From Paraspadella gotoi (taxonomy: Eukaryota > Animalia > Chaetognatha): DNA of 64,000 nt. Shown here piece after piece: positions 49,992 through 63,969 of this stretch. How positions within the stretch are numbered: position 1 is the stretch's first letter; every line of letters begins with the position of its first letter. The notes beneath the pieces are model-generated. The model had not been told where the DNA came from. It saw only the letters and a program-made list of their open reading frames with translations, and made no database searches. The position numbers and the translations under genes are program-made. Location of the stretch: the NCBI GenBank assembly GCA_051294375.1, contig CM119270.1, forward strand, positions 13,465,904 through 13,529,903. Direction: 5' to 3'.

Positions 49992-51900
49992 TTAGTTTTG
50001 GTCTTCGCCGCAGGTCGGCGCGTCATTCTCTCCCTTTTCTTCTTCCTCCTTTTCTTCGTCTCCTCTGTCTCCACCGCCTCCTCCCGCTCCTCCTTCTCCT
50101 CCTTCGCCTCTCTCGACTCCCGCATCGCCTCCGGCTCCATCTATCGGAATTTCTCCGCCGTTCGCGTCAGCGTCGCTTCCGTTCGCGTCAGCGTCACTTC
50201 CGGTTAAATTTATGGAAGTTCCGCCGTCGTCGATACTCGAGTTCGTCTTCTTCGTCGTTGTTGTTGTTGTCGTCGTCGACCTTTGCACTCGTTCCTCCAC
50301 TTCATCATCGTTTTCTTCCGATTTTCCTCCTACTTCCTCCGTTGCTCCCTCGATCACTCTCGGTTCACTTCCCTCTGCTCGTCCTTCCTCGTCTCCTCCC
50401 TCTCCTCCTCCTCCCTCTCCTCCTCCTCCTCCTCCCCCCGCTTGTTCTCGTTCGCCATCCTCTCCTTCTCCCTCTTCCCCTCCGCCGTTAGTCTCTTGTT
50501 GTCTTTGGAAGAAGATCGAGGGCGATGGATGGTAAAGCGCCATCTCGTAGGGCGGAGGCGGAAACACTGGAAAGGGAAACAAAAGGGAATCCGGGGGAGG
50601 GGGAAAGATTGGGGGTTTGGGAGAAGAGAAGAGTGAGGTGAAAGGGAATTGGGGAAAAGGTGGGAAAAAAGGGGAAATGAAAAATGAGAATTGATTGTAT
50701 GTAGACGGCGGACAGGAATTAATTGAGAATCATGGTTTTTCTACTTTTCGACGTCAAGAAAACTCGAGAAATTCGTTCGAGGGGAAAAATTTTTTCTTGT
50801 GAGGAGGAAAAACTTTCAGGTTTTCGCGCTTCAGTAATTTTTTCTTGCGGCTACTCGAGTCGGCGTCGAGTCTTTCTTCATTTTCGCAATGGTTTCAGCC
50901 TAGATTACTCTTAGCAGAATTTTTTTTTTTTCTTCAAATGATATGCATCCGCTTTATAAAAAGCGTCTGCTTTCTCTATATTGCTTAACGTTTCCCTCTT
51001 TTGCGGAAAAAAGATTCTTTTTATTTTTGTTAGAAAAATGAAATAAAAAGTCTTTTACAGTCTCCAACGCGGTTCGTAACTAGCTCGAGATTGGTGCTAG
51101 AGAAACGCGGTTATTATGCAAATGGGCGTGGCGTGATGAAGAACAGAAGTCCTTTCGAAGGCTCGCGCTAATCACCTGGTTGCCAAGGCAACGCGCGCGT
51201 CTTTGTTATGAACTTGGTCTGTTTTTTCTCTTTCCTTCCCTGTTTTTACTCCGAGTCTATGGTTGTTTTTGTTCTTTTCATATTTTTCCTTTTGAATCTC
51301 GAACGTTGAATTTTTTTTCCTATAGAGTTTCATCATCTTATCCTTCTTCTTTGCAATTCCATTTTTACTCTTTTTCTCCATTTTTTATTCACTCGAATGA
51401 TGTACAAGTGATGTACATATTTCGCTACTCATTAGCCCACCGGCCAATCGGGTCAGGCTCCCGTTCACGCCTCTTCTCTCCCCAACTTTTCCCTCGCGTC
51501 CATTTACGTTGCGATCACAGGTTTTTCTTTCGCCCTCCTTTTCACTCCCCGCCCACTCACCGGGTTCCAAGTACGCCCCTCCTCCTCCTGCCCCGGTCGT
51601 CGTCATCGCCATCGTCGTCGTCGTCGTCGCGGGGGCGAAGAATTGAATGAATTCGTCTTCTGCGTCGGGATGTTGGACTCCTGGCGGCGAAGAGATTAAA
51701 GAGTCGGGAATCAGAAACAAAAGGGACAATGGAATCGCGAGAGAGAGACGAATGAGGGCGAGGGAGAGAAGGGAAAACGAGACAATGGAATAGCAAGAGA
51801 GAGAGAGAGAGACAAATCGATTGAGAGAGAGGGGACAATAGAGATAAGAAAGGAGAGAAAGGAGAATTGAGAAGTAGACTTTACGTGAAAGATCAGAAAG

Positions 51901-51950
<50 letters not shown>

Positions 51951-52288
51951 GAGAGAGAGAGAGAGTAGAGGAGAGAGAGAGAGAGAGGGCAGAGAGAGAG
52001 AGAAGAGAAACAAAACGAGGGAAAGATTCTACCTAGAAACCTTAAAACCTTAAACGCAATAGTTGTCTGTTATATGTATTATGTATGTGTTGGCTTCTTT
52101 GTTTTATCATTTGTTTTATTGGAATGAGAAAAAATAGTGCTTCGTCAGGTTTCCTCTCGATATAAAAGCTGAATAAAGAAGAAGGAGAGCAAATATTAAA
52201 AGAGGATGAAATACAGATAATCTTCTTCCAGTAAGAAATTGAAAATAGAGAAAGAAGGGCGAAAAAAAAATTAAAAGAGAAAGAAGAG

Positions 52289-52382
<94 letters not shown>

Positions 52383-54218
52383 TCAGAGAGAAATCCTTGA
52401 AGGAGATAAGAGGAGAAAGTCCTACAAAAACAAGAAGACGATATTGCCTTTTCAAAGATAAGTTGCGAAAAAGGGAGAATGGGTGAAAGCGAGAGATAGA
52501 GAGAGAGAAAAAAAAAGAGAGATAGAAAAAACAAAGAATGAAAAGAGAGAGAGAGCGAGTCATTTTTCCGAGGGTCTCAATCTCCTCTTTAGGCGTCAAA
52601 CCTAATCGGAAAGAAGACAAGTTGACGCTGACATAAAAGAGCCGCAGCCGACGCTGCCGCCAACGCCATCGGCGCCGCCGCAGTTATAACTGTCACCCTT
52701 AAATGCTGAATAAGTTTGCTTGTTGGCGTCGCGCTTGCTTCTCTCATTCGCGATGCCGTTTGATGTCGCGCGTGCTTGTTTTATTTTCAGCGGGACATAG
52801 AATTGTTTCCGAATATATCCATTAAAAATAATTTACTACTATATGCAAATGAGATTGATGAACCTAATCTCATTTGTGTAATATTCTAAGAATCCATCTC
52901 TTATATTTGATCGTTTGCTCAGCTTGGTCGGGTAGCCTTTTCGAAATTTGCGCTTGTTGGAACTGCTTGGTCGGGCAGCCCCTTCGAGCTTTGAGCTTGT
53001 TTGGGCAGCTTTGTCCGGTTTGCTTATTTGCGTTTTTTTGTCACACGGGGGATATTTTTGAATGGGGGAAATAAGGCGCCTTTTTTGCCTCAGAAACTCG
53101 ATTTATCATCGAGGACGTTTTTCGCTACAGATCGGGATCCATGGAAAGTTTGAATACAGATTCGACCTTTTTACTCACCCTCGGGAAAGATCAGTCCTCT
53201 GAACCTAACAGTGCAGCGGTTAGGTTTTTCAAATCTAACGAACGTTGACTTACGGCTTTATTACTATCTCTTATTCCTCATCCCAGTATCTCTTTTGACC
53301 TTACTCTTTCTACTCTTAAAAANNNNNNNNNNNNNNNNNNNNNNNNNNNNNNNNNNNNNNNNNNNNNNNNNNNNNNNNNNNNNNNNNNNNNNNNNNNNNN
53401 NNNNNNNNNNNNNNNNNNNNNNNNNNNNNNNNNNNNNNNNNNNNNNNNNNNNNNNNNNNNNNNNNNNNNNATGCCTTACCCCCTTTTCAGCCTTTTAGAA
53501 GCGTTCCCTTTTACTCATTCCCATCGCTACTTACCTTCAAACCTTATGGCCAATGTAATTGCTTCACCCCCTTACCCTCTCGGCCGGCATCCCGCCGTCT
53601 AAGCTGGGAATGTCACACGCGTCTCATAAATCTCACACTTAACCGTCTCTCTCTCCTCTACTCTCCTCTCTCTCATCCCCCGTCTCTCTCTCCTCTCTTC
53701 TCTCTCATCTCTCTCGGGTCATCTCTCGTTCTCTCTTCCTGCTCTCTCTCTCGCGTCTTGTCTACTCCTTCTCTCCTCCTTCTTTCAGCCTTTTTCTTAT
53801 CCCGTTTCACATTAGTTTCCTTTGTCCTGAGACGCATCGATTGTGAAGAGTTTTCTTATTCTCTCGACCGTCGAATGTCGACTCCTTGGCCAACATTTTT
53901 CTACTTCCCTTCCTCTCTCACTCTCAGTACGGGTTCCGCATCGCCATAACGTATTCCCAGTTATAAGATCATTGCCAATGGAGCTCGTTTCCTTCCATCC
54001 TTCCCCTCCCTTCTCCAACGTCCGCACACTCTCAGCCTTCCCCCCCTCCCTCTCCCTCCCCCTTGTCCGTACTCCCCTTCCTCTCCTCACCGTATCCTCC
54101 TCTCCCCTGTCCGTACGCCTCTCCGTCCCTAGCGAGGAGGTGGTGGTGCGGACGAGGGGATTGATGCCATCTCGAGGAGACGAGGAGTTTGGCGAGAATG
54201 GCTGATCCTAGCAGGAGG
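49992..54218 (-). CDS. Antisense spliced gene: probable single-pass membrane protein with a cytoplasmic PPxY motif and acidic tail (5' part lost in N gap)
   Basis: Exons <54218-54117 (LLLGSAILAKLLVSSRWHQ...GEA), 53204-53179 (FRGLIFPE), 51680-51561 (GVQHPDAEDEF...AYLEP) and 50566-49992 (VFPPPPYEMALYHP...). All three junctions are GT-AG and join in frame (phases 2, 1, 1). Confidence 0.72.
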
Positions 54219-57124
54219 NNNNNNNNNNNNNNNNNNNNNNNNNNNNNNNNNNNNNNNNNNNNNNNNNNNNNNNNNNNNNNNNNNNNNNNNNNNNNNNNNN
54301 NNNNNNNNNNNNNNNNNNNNNNNNNNNNNNNNNNNNNNNNNNNNNNNNNNNNNNNNNNNNNNNNNNNNNNNNNNNNNNNNNNNNNNNNNNNNNNNNNNNN
54401 NNNNNNNNNNNNNNNNNNNNNNNNNNNNNNNNNNNNNNNNNNNNNNNNNNNNNNNNNNNNNNNNNNNNNNNNNNNNNNNNNNNNNNNNNNNNNNNNNNNN
54501 NNNNNNNNNNNNNNNNNNNNNNNNNNNNNNNNNNNNNNNNNNNNNNNNNNNNNNNNNNNNNNNNNNNNNNNNNNNNNNNNNNNNNNNNNNNNNNNNNNNN
54601 NNNNNNNNNNNNNNNNNNNNNNNNNNNNNNNNNNNNNNNNNNNNNNNNNNNNNNNNNNNNNNNNNNNNNNNNNNNNNNNNNNNNNNNNNNNNNNNNNNNN
54701 NNNNNNNNNNNNNNNNNNNNNNNNNNNNNNNNNNNNNNNNNNNNNNNNNNNNNNNNNNNNNNNNNNNNNNNNNNNNNNNNNNNNNNNNNNNNNNNNNNNN
54801 NNNNNNNNNNNNNNNNNNNNNNNNNNNNNNNNNNNNNNNNNNNNNNNNNNNNNNNNNNNNNNNNNNNNNNNNNNNNNNNNNNNNNNNNNNNNNNNNNNNN
54901 NNNNNNNNNNNNNNNNNNNNNNNNNNNNNNNNNNNNNNNNNNNNNNNNNNNNNNNNNNNNNNNNNNNNNNNNNNNNNNNNNNNNNNNNNNNNNNNNNNNN
55001 NNNNNNNNNNNNNNNNNNNNNNNNNNNNNNNNNNNNNNNNNNNNNNNNNNNNNNNNNNNNNNNNNNNNNNNNNNNNNNNNNNNNNTTTCATTTTCCTCTC
55101 TCCTCATTTCATATTCCCGTCGCATCGATTAAAGAAAATAAGGCGTCTCGGATTTTTTCTCCGTCGCGAATCTCTGATCAGCCGCGCATCTGATTAGCGC
55201 GACTCTCTCCCCCAACCCCCCCCCTCCTTCACCGTTCCAGCGTCACCGTCCGCGCATGCGCAGAACATCTGAACGAAACTCGCACGCTGCTCTTTAAAAT
55301 TTAAATATTTCGTCGTCATCATCGTCGTTGCTAGACGGGAAACTACGCAATTTGCGTGCGCGCTACTAGATTCAAATTACGACGCAGTATGCAAATTGGA
55401 AAGTTCTCTCCTGATTGCAGCGCCGCCTCTTTAAAATGGCGCCGAGACGCGGATGAGCTGCAGTGCGGCAATCCTTGGCTGCGGCGCCACGCTTCCACGA
55501 GTTTATATCGAAACACGGGTATATTATTCGCAGTTCAGCGCCTTCTCGAAATCTATAAATATCGGTGTGACACGATTTGTTCCTCCCGAGGCGCCAACGC
55601 GTCACGGTGCCGAGTTCCTCTCTCCGGCGCCAGGCTCGTTTCCGTCTCTCGCCTCCGCGCCGAGCGCTCGAGGCCGGAATTATTGATGAAAGCGGCGGGA
55701 ACGAGCGAAGGCAAAAACTGTGTCGATCCAATAAATTATAAAAGGTTGGGAGGAAGAAAAAAAAAAGCAGACGTTACCAGCGGAGTTGCCGCCATTTTTC
55801 TGCCAGTATTTCTATTGTTTATTGCCACCATTTAACAATTCTTCGCTGGCAATCGTTCTTCCTTTAGTCTTTTTTTTTCTTGCTTCTGTTTCGCTTTCTC
55901 TTTTATTGGCTAAAAAAAAAAAAGAATTGCGTATCGAATCGTTAGATTTGTCTTCTCCGATTGGCAAAGAAGAAATGACGATAATGACGACGACGACGAC
56001 GAAAACGACAACGATCAACGACGACCAACGAAGACTGGATCAATGATGTCGTTTCTATGCAAAGGAAAATCGAAGGATTAGCATGTTCCTTTGTTCGATG
56101 TCGTCTTTATGCAAAGAATGACCGAGAGCTATTAGCGACCTCTTTTGTCAGCGTAATTCCTTCGCCATCGAAAAATTTCCCCTCCCTTTTTAAAAGAATG
56201 TGACGTTTTCAAAGGCAGAGAACTGAAATAGGCAATGAATAAATATGGCCGTTTTTACTGCTTTTTTTTTCGATTCGGTTGTTTGTTCGTTTGTTTTGGT
56301 TGTTTGTTTGGTTTGTTTGTTTATTTTTTCGATTTTCGTCGTCGCCTCTGCCTGTCGGCCTTTGGCTCAAGGTGGCCAGACTCGATAAACCTGCGACGAC
56401 AACAACAACAAAGACAACACGAACTCCAACGTTGACGCGTTAATTGATGACAACAACGACGGCGACCAGAGCTGAAGCAAGGTCGCGTTCTGACGCACGA
56501 AAAAATGGGAACATTATTGGAAAAGTGAAACGCATCGAGAGATTCAGAAAACTAAAGATCATTTCATCCATTTGGCTGAGTGAATCTTCCACATCTCGTT
56601 TGACAATAATCATTCTGAGGTCACATCGCCAGGTCGTTACTTTTAAAACTCTCTTCAGATGTGAAACACTCAATTCTTAATTCATTAAAAATCACCTATA
56701 ATGATGTCTAATATAGTCGTTTCCTCAATAAACACATTTTAGATTCCAATATGGCATTCTATAAAACACCTCCCAATCTAAAAAATCACTAAAATCACCT
56801 CAAACTAATTAAATCACCTCTTGTTCTTTCGACTCATATTCAGTAGAGAACTAAGAATCACTTCTAAACCCTTCAAATCATCATATCACCTTAGTATCAT
56901 CTTTAAACCCTTTAAATCACTCCTAATCTCACTGAATCACCCTGTATCAGCCCTAAAATCTCCTCTAAAATCATCGAATCACCCCGTAATCACCCCGCAT
57001 CCTCCTTCTCTCTCCTCGAAATCCCCTGGAGGCGCCGCTCCGTCGAGTCACCCGCCCCTTTCCTTCGCCCGACGGTTTTATCGGCTCTCCCTTGCTCGTC
57101 TCAGTTTTTTTTCTTTTATTTTTT

Positions 57125-57157
<33 letters not shown>

Positions 57158-58345
57158 CTTTCTTTCTTTTTTTTGTTTTTTTTTTTTTTTTTTTTTTTTT
57201 TTTCTAACATATTTTTCGCCTCAATTTTTTCTTTTTATTATTCTTTTTTTTTTTTTTCTTATTTTTTATGTTTTTTTCCATCTTTTTTTTTTTTGTTTTT
57301 TCCCNNNNNNNNNNNNNNNNNNNNNNNNNCCTCTCTCTCTGCCTTTTATTGGCCTTGTCTGTACTCCGCTTCTTACCATCTCGGTCGATTCGACTGGTGC
57401 GAGACCGAAGATCTCGTTATGGCCCCGCCCACGCGAAACAGGACGACCCACGCTTCCCTCCGTTGGCGAGCCAAATGGAAAAGAGAAGGACGAGATGAGA
57501 GACGATCCAATGCGAGATGGAGACGGAGAGGAGGAGAGAGAGAGACATGAGTAATGCACGAGAGAAGAGAGAGGAGATGAGATGAGAGGAGAGAAGAGAG
57601 AGAGACGAGCAGAAAGAAGAAGCGAGGAGAGAGAGAGAGACGAGAGAGAGAGAGAGAGTGAGTGAGAGACGGAAGGAGGAGAAGAGATGGAGAATGAGAT
57701 GAGAGAGGAGAGAGAGGATGGAGGAGATCTGAGAAAGCATATTAAAGTGGAGAAGCAGATGAGAAGAAAGAAAGGTAGAAGGAATGAAGATAAGTGAGAG
57801 TACGACTAACTGAAATAAAACACGAAAAGAATTAAAAAGGGAAAAAAAAAGATTAGCAAACATAAACCCAAAAAAAAAAATAATGATTTAATGCCCTCCC
57901 AATTTCAAAATTTCCGTGATGTTTAACTCTATAAAAAAAAAAAAACAAAAACAACAAAACAAATCTTCCACCCCTCCCCCGCTTTCCCCCTTTCTCTATA
58001 TCCTCACGGCCCCAGCCCCGCCAGAAGCAGCCGGTTCCTATCCTTCCCGTCCCGGCTTTCCGGCCCCGTCAACTACGACAACTTTCCAAAACGCAGACGA
58101 CGTTACATCGGGAAACGAACTCGGCCGACATCCGGCAGTCGCGACGCCTCAACGTTCATTCGTTCTCGTCATCCTCATTTTCGTCGTGATTTAAATCATC
58201 TGTCGTCCGTCCAGTCCGTCGTCTGTCTCGGATGGAATTTCCGACCCCCGTTCGAGAGTACTGTGAACCACCAATGAGACGACGACGACGACGGATCGAC
58301 TGACCCATTCGTTCAGTTCATCGTCATCGCGCCCCGGTTTTCGCC

Positions 58346-59830
58346 TCATTCCCGAAGCCGATCCCCCCCCTTCGACGGCCTTCGCCGCTTCGCTAGTACG
58401 CCCTCCGTCAAACGCTTGAAAGCAGAATCGTCGAGATGGCCTCTTATCAACGCGAGGAGGTAGCTCCTCATTCCGGAGAGAACCTCGGCTTCCAGGAGGA
58501 CCTCGTTGTCCGGAGGGCGTCCCCTCTTCCCTCCTTCTTCCTCACGCGCCGCTTCGTCGCGACGTACCGGCTCGGCGTCGGGATCGCAGTCTTGCCAGCC
58601 GGCATTCCACGGGTGAGAGTCGTACGGCAACGTCTCGGGTCTCCGGCGGGCAGGTCGGCGTCGGGGATATTCAAGATCTGGGAGTCGGAGGCGTCAGCGG
58701 TTTTTTGAGAGAAATGGGGATTAAGGCCGTGTAAAATTTTCTAAATAACTTTAATTACAAATTTTCTAAAAGTGAGGACAGACGAATAACATTATTACTA
58801 ATGAAACATTCTATGTATAAAAAAATTTATAATAAATTTTACAATTACGCAATGTAGTATGCCATATTTATACTAGCTACTAATCCAATAAATTTTAAAT
58901 TGTCTAAGATTTTAATGATTTTTTGCAGATTTGTTCGTCATAAAAAGTTTATAAAAAAAAGAAATATAACTCTTTTTCTAAAAATTCCTTCATTAAGTGC
59001 GCGTCAAAAATTAAGGAAAAAAAAGCGTATATTTTAAGCTGAAATTAATTTTATATATTAAATATAGTTTTTGTAATTTTTTAACCCACTTTCAATGAAA
59101 GAATTTTTAAAAATAATTTTATATTTTCTTTTATTCAACTTTTGAGCAGGCAATTCAAATCTCTGCAATCAAAATTAAGAAAAGCTCTATTTTGAAATTT
59201 TTCGATCTTTATAAGCGCATAGTACTAATATTATAAAATATAGCCTACTGCGCAAAATATTTAAAAAACATAAAATTAATTTTTTTTACAACATTTAATG
59301 TTCACTTGATGGTCATGTTGTTCATTAATTGACCTTTAAGAATTTTCGTACGGCTTAACCTTTCACTTACGCCTATGGGATTGAGTGTGCTTCTGCAGAG
59401 ACTGGGCGGGCAATTATTTTTAGTTTCACTTTTGTTAATTGATTTTAAATGAATAATTTCTATTATCTGTGTAAACATCTTCATTTGAACTTTATGTCTT
59501 CTTAAATTAAAGAAGTTTCTTTTGCTGCTAATTATTGAACATCTTAACTTTAAGACCAAATCTACCAATATTTCATCAGATAAGCAAAGTATATTATTAA
59601 TTATTAATTAATAATAATTTCCCCAAATCTCCCCAGCCTCCACCTCCGACTTTGGCCCCCGCCCCGCCCTGCCCCTACTACACCCCAACCCACTACGTGG
59701 CCATCAAAGTACGAGACCCCCAACAAGAATCTCTGGGTTTGGGCTTTCAGATATGACATTCGTTCGCCCCTTCGTTTGTCCGGGAAACTTCTGGCCCGTC
59801 AACCTTCGTCGTTCTCGGCACAGCGTCTTC
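58346..59830 (-). CDS. Putative antisense gene, last exons; acidic peptide with dibasic sites (prohormone-like)
   Basis: GC-rich exon ~58677-58346 after ctcccag| reads ILNIPDADLPAGDPETLPYDSHPWNAGWQDCDPDAEPVRR...GGKR...FKR...KRRR (one frameshift). Upstream candidate exon ~59830-59697 ends ...RFLLGVSYFDGH|gt. The Kolobok-type copy lies between them. Region is error-rich. Confidence 0.4.
58725..59373. mobile_element. Second copy of the Kolobok-type element
   Basis: Starts ttaa|ggccgtgtaaaatttt, is co-linear with 2201-2810 and ends tttcacttacgcc. Confidence 0.8.
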
Positions 59831-61199
59831 TCACGGAGACAACAAGACGCGGTCCGGTGAGGCATTGTGGTGGGAAATTGCTGGGTGGAGAATGTGGGAG
59901 GAACGTTGTTGTGGATTGTGGATAAGGATGAGTGTTACTAGCAAAGTAAAAGTTGGGCGGTTGAAATGTCGTGACCACGTGAGTGAGATTGCGAATGCGT
60001 AATTGATAAAGTTGTGCGGTGATTGTTGCTTGAAAGGAGGGATTAGCGGGTTTTTTTCAATAAATGTGGGTGGCTGAGTTTGTGGCAAAAGAGGGCGTGT
60101 TGGTTGAGTTAGATGGCGAGCAAGAAGAAAAAAGCTGGGCCAATATTCAAAGTTTGAAGAGAGAAAAACATTCGAGAAAAAGACACTTTTAGTTTTCTTT
60201 ATAAAGAATTTGGCAAAGATATTTAAGAAAATAAAAAAGATTCAACGGAAAAAAAATTCGGGAAATGTTTTTCAAAAGTTTAAACTCGAGTCTAAATCTC
60301 TGTTGCACTTTTTCTTTAAGTGACAATCGTCATTTTGTTGAGGCTAAAATAGGAAGGAAAAAGGAAAAGGGTGACATGAAATGGGGGGGAGGCGGAGCGA
60401 TAGGAGGCAGAGAGGAGGAGGAAAGAGGAAAAGAAAAAGGAGGGGGAATGTGAACGCAACATAATTTTCGGCCTTCAGCGCGGACAGAGGGGCAGGTGGG
60501 GTAGGCGCGGATAATGCGGAAAGTCGGCGAAGACTACGAGAACGACGAAAACGAGACTGAAGAAAACGACTGACGAAATAGTAGTTTCCTCGTCTAAACT
60601 GGAGAAAGAAAAGATATATGTGAATCGTAGGTTGAGCTGTCGGCGGAAAGGATGCTCGTAAAAGGTCATCAAAAATAATACACACCAAACATCGTGAGCA
60701 AATGGCCGACGATAAGTTTACGACTAAATATAAAATATAACCCGCAGTACGAATGACAGAGCGTCGGGCGCACGACGAATGCGATGGACGATCCCGAGAC
60801 AATGCTAAATAAAAGACGACGAAAACCGAGATAAAGCCGCTGGTAAAAGAATCCGACGTGCTCGCAGCGATGATTTGATAAGATTCTCGCTGCACATCGA
60901 TCCCGCACCGGCGAGCATGGAACTGGCGACTGAGACTGAACGACGACGCGACGACGGAGAAGAAGACGAACAAGTGGTTTCCGCCACTCGTTTTGAGCGT
61001 CATGTATAGATTATAAATTGATACCTTCTGTTCACGATTTAATGTAGTGAAAGTATCACTACACCTAATCGGACACTGCGGTGAAGTTTGGAAAGCCAAC
61101 AAATGCTCCGTCGTTTGCAGCTCTGATTTTTCCATGATAAATGATAAACAAAGCAATGGCGGGTAGAAAAAAAAAATAGGGGAAGCGAGATACGCATGA

Positions 61200-62835
61200 A
61201 GATGATGGATTCATGATGACGACGACGATGAGGACGACGATACGACGACGACAACGACGACGACCGACTCCCGGAAAGGAGCGGAGACAGATGAACTTAA
61301 CTTGAAACTCTGGAGCGTACATAATATATCTATCGGTTCCAAGTTCGCCATTCCGGCGCGCAAATCTATTTTGTGGCCGACATATAATGACGAGGAGAAA
61401 AAAGAAGGGGAAGAGAGGAGAGAGAGAGAGAGGAGAGAGAGAGGATCGAGAGAGAGAGCACGACGAGAGGTAGGGGAGAGAGAGATGAGACCGAGAGAGA
61501 GAGAGAGGTTAGTGGTAGGAAAGGTGAGAGGGAGAGAAATAGGAAAGAGGACATGAATGTTAGCGAGAAAGGAAGAGATGGATTAAACGGAGAGAGAGAG
61601 TGAACATAATTGAAATAATTGAAAGAGAGAGAATATAAATAAAGTATAAAGAGAGGACGAGAGAAGAGATGAGAGACGATGAGAGGAGGAGAGCAAAAGA
61701 AGGAAGAGAGAGAGAGAGAGACAGAGTCACGTAAGAGGAAGAAGCGGAAATGCGATTATCTCTCTGCTCGACCCTGTGAACCAACACGCGGAACGCATTG
61801 CTCTTCTCACGCGACTTCAGCGGGACCGCGGAGGGCGGGGGCAGCTGTGAGAGAGGGGATAAGGGCTAACGATGAGATTGAAGGTTGAGTGTACGTTAAA
61901 AAGATCTGTATGGGTGTGTATAATATCGTGCGAGGAGATAGAGAAAGGATTCGGTGTTAAACACGAGGAAAAGAGTGAACACGAATAGTTGTGAAATGAA
62001 GAGGTTGGTTGAAAGCATCTTGTAGTCGGTTTGCCAACGGTAAGAAAAAGGAGCAAAAAAAGTTTTTTTTCTGACGAGGCAGAAAATCGAAAGATTCGAG
62101 TAAGATGAACAGTAGCGAAACGGCGTGGGTAGCAGATGACGATGAGGATGAGAGGGAAGAGAGATGAGAAAGAGAGATGAGTAGAGAGAGATAAGATGAT
62201 GAGAGAGGAAGAGTGAGAAATGAGAGAGAGAAGAGAGAGAGAGAGACGAGAGCAGAGGAGAGAGAGAGAGAGACTGAAGGAGAGACGATGCAGAGAGAGT
62301 GAAGTGAGGCGAGCGGCAGGCGGAACAGAAAAGTGAAAAATTGCATCTGAAGTAATTGCCACAGTACGTCTCTTTTTAATAGCCTACGTCAGAGAGAGAG
62401 ACGATGAGATTGAGACGAGAGCAGATGACGAGATCGAGATGACGACGAGGCAGAGAGTTGGAGAGAGATATGAGAGATGAGAATGAGTGAGAGCCAGAGA
62501 GAGAGAGAGATAGAATTGTAGAGTCTTGAATGGCAAGACCGAACTGAGAAAATGATGGTATTGCAATATTTTTCTTTCGCTGTTCCAACATGCGGTTTCT
62601 TCTTTTCCTTCTCCTCCATTTTTTCGTCTCATTTCTTTCTTTCTTTTTTTTCTACCAATTTTTCTCAATTTTTCTTTTATTCTTTTTTCCCTTTCGCTCC
62701 ATTTTCCCATTTTCTTTCGTTCTCTGTTTCTTGAGCCGAAAATGGAGGAGAAGGAAAAAAGGAAACCGCATGTTGGAACACGAAAGAAAAATATTCATAC
62801 CTCATTTTCTCAGTTCGGTCTTTCCATTCAGACTC

Positions 62836-62874
<39 letters not shown>

Positions 62875-63969
62875 NNNNNNNNNNNNNNNNNNNNNNNNNN
62901 NNNNNNNNNNNNNNNNNNNNNNNNNNNNNNNNNNNNNNNNNNNNNNNNNNNNNNNNNNNNNNNNNNNNNNNNNNNNNNNNNNNNNNNNNNNNNNNNNNNN
63001 NNNNNNNNNNNNNNNNNNNNNNNNNNNNNNNNNNNNNNNNNNNNNNNNNNNNNNNNNNNNNNNNNNNNNNNNNNNNNNNNNNNNNNNNNNNNNNNNNNNN
63101 NNNNNNNNACGACTCAAGTCTTTCACCACCTCTTCATTTCACACTTTCGTTTCACATCTTTTCCTCGTTTCACCGAATCCTTCTCTATCTCCTCGGCTAT
63201 TTTCACAACCCCGATCGTTTTTATCGCTCACTCAACCTTCCATCTCGTCCCTTAATCCCCTTCACAGCTCCCCCCCCCTCCACCGGTCCCCGTGAGTCCG
63301 TGAGAGAGAATCGTCGCGTGTTGGTTCACGGTCGAGAGAGAGATAATCGATTTCCGCTTCTTCCTTCTTATAAACTGGACTTCTGTCTCATCTATCTCTC
63401 TCTCTCTCCCTCCACTTCTCTCCTCTCCTTCTCTCTTTCTCATTCTTCTCTCCACTCTCGTCTCGTCTCTTCTCCTCAGTCTCTCTCTTCACTCTTTATT
63501 TTTACAATTTCTCTTTCTTTCCAACTATTTCACTTTATTTATCATCTCCTCTCCTCCTCCTTCGTATTTTAACATCCTACTCATCCTTCTGCTTCTCCCT
63601 AACCATTTCATCTCTGTGTACTTTTCATCCTGATTTCTCTTTCCACCGCGTCTCTCCCATCATCCAAGCGCATAGCCATCATTTCCTTCCCTAATCCCCC
63701 CTTCTTCTACTCTCTCCCCTAAATTAATGCCTCTCACATTTTTCTCTCTCTTGCATCGTACGATAGCCATTTTTCACATTCGATTTCTTCGCGTCCTCGC
63801 TCCGTTCTTTTCTCATCTCGGCTGGTCTCCTTTCGCCTCTTCTCTACTCTCTCTTTCCTCTTTCCTTTCTTTCTCCTGCTCATCTTATTGTGGTCCCAAA
63901 AATAATTTCGCCCGATGCGACTTGGAACCGATTATTATTATTACGTCCCGAGTTCAGTAGTCATCTTCT

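Noticed and set aside
54129-55193. Long ORFs made of X residues (also 53211-53498 and 62590-63572)
   Set aside because: They span assembly N gaps.
60344-61156. 270-aa hydrophobic minus-strand ORF, possibly a membrane protein or signal-peptide exon
   Set aside because: Noisy region beside the fold-back artefact; hydrophobicity is explained by T/C-rich composition and no family motif was recognised.
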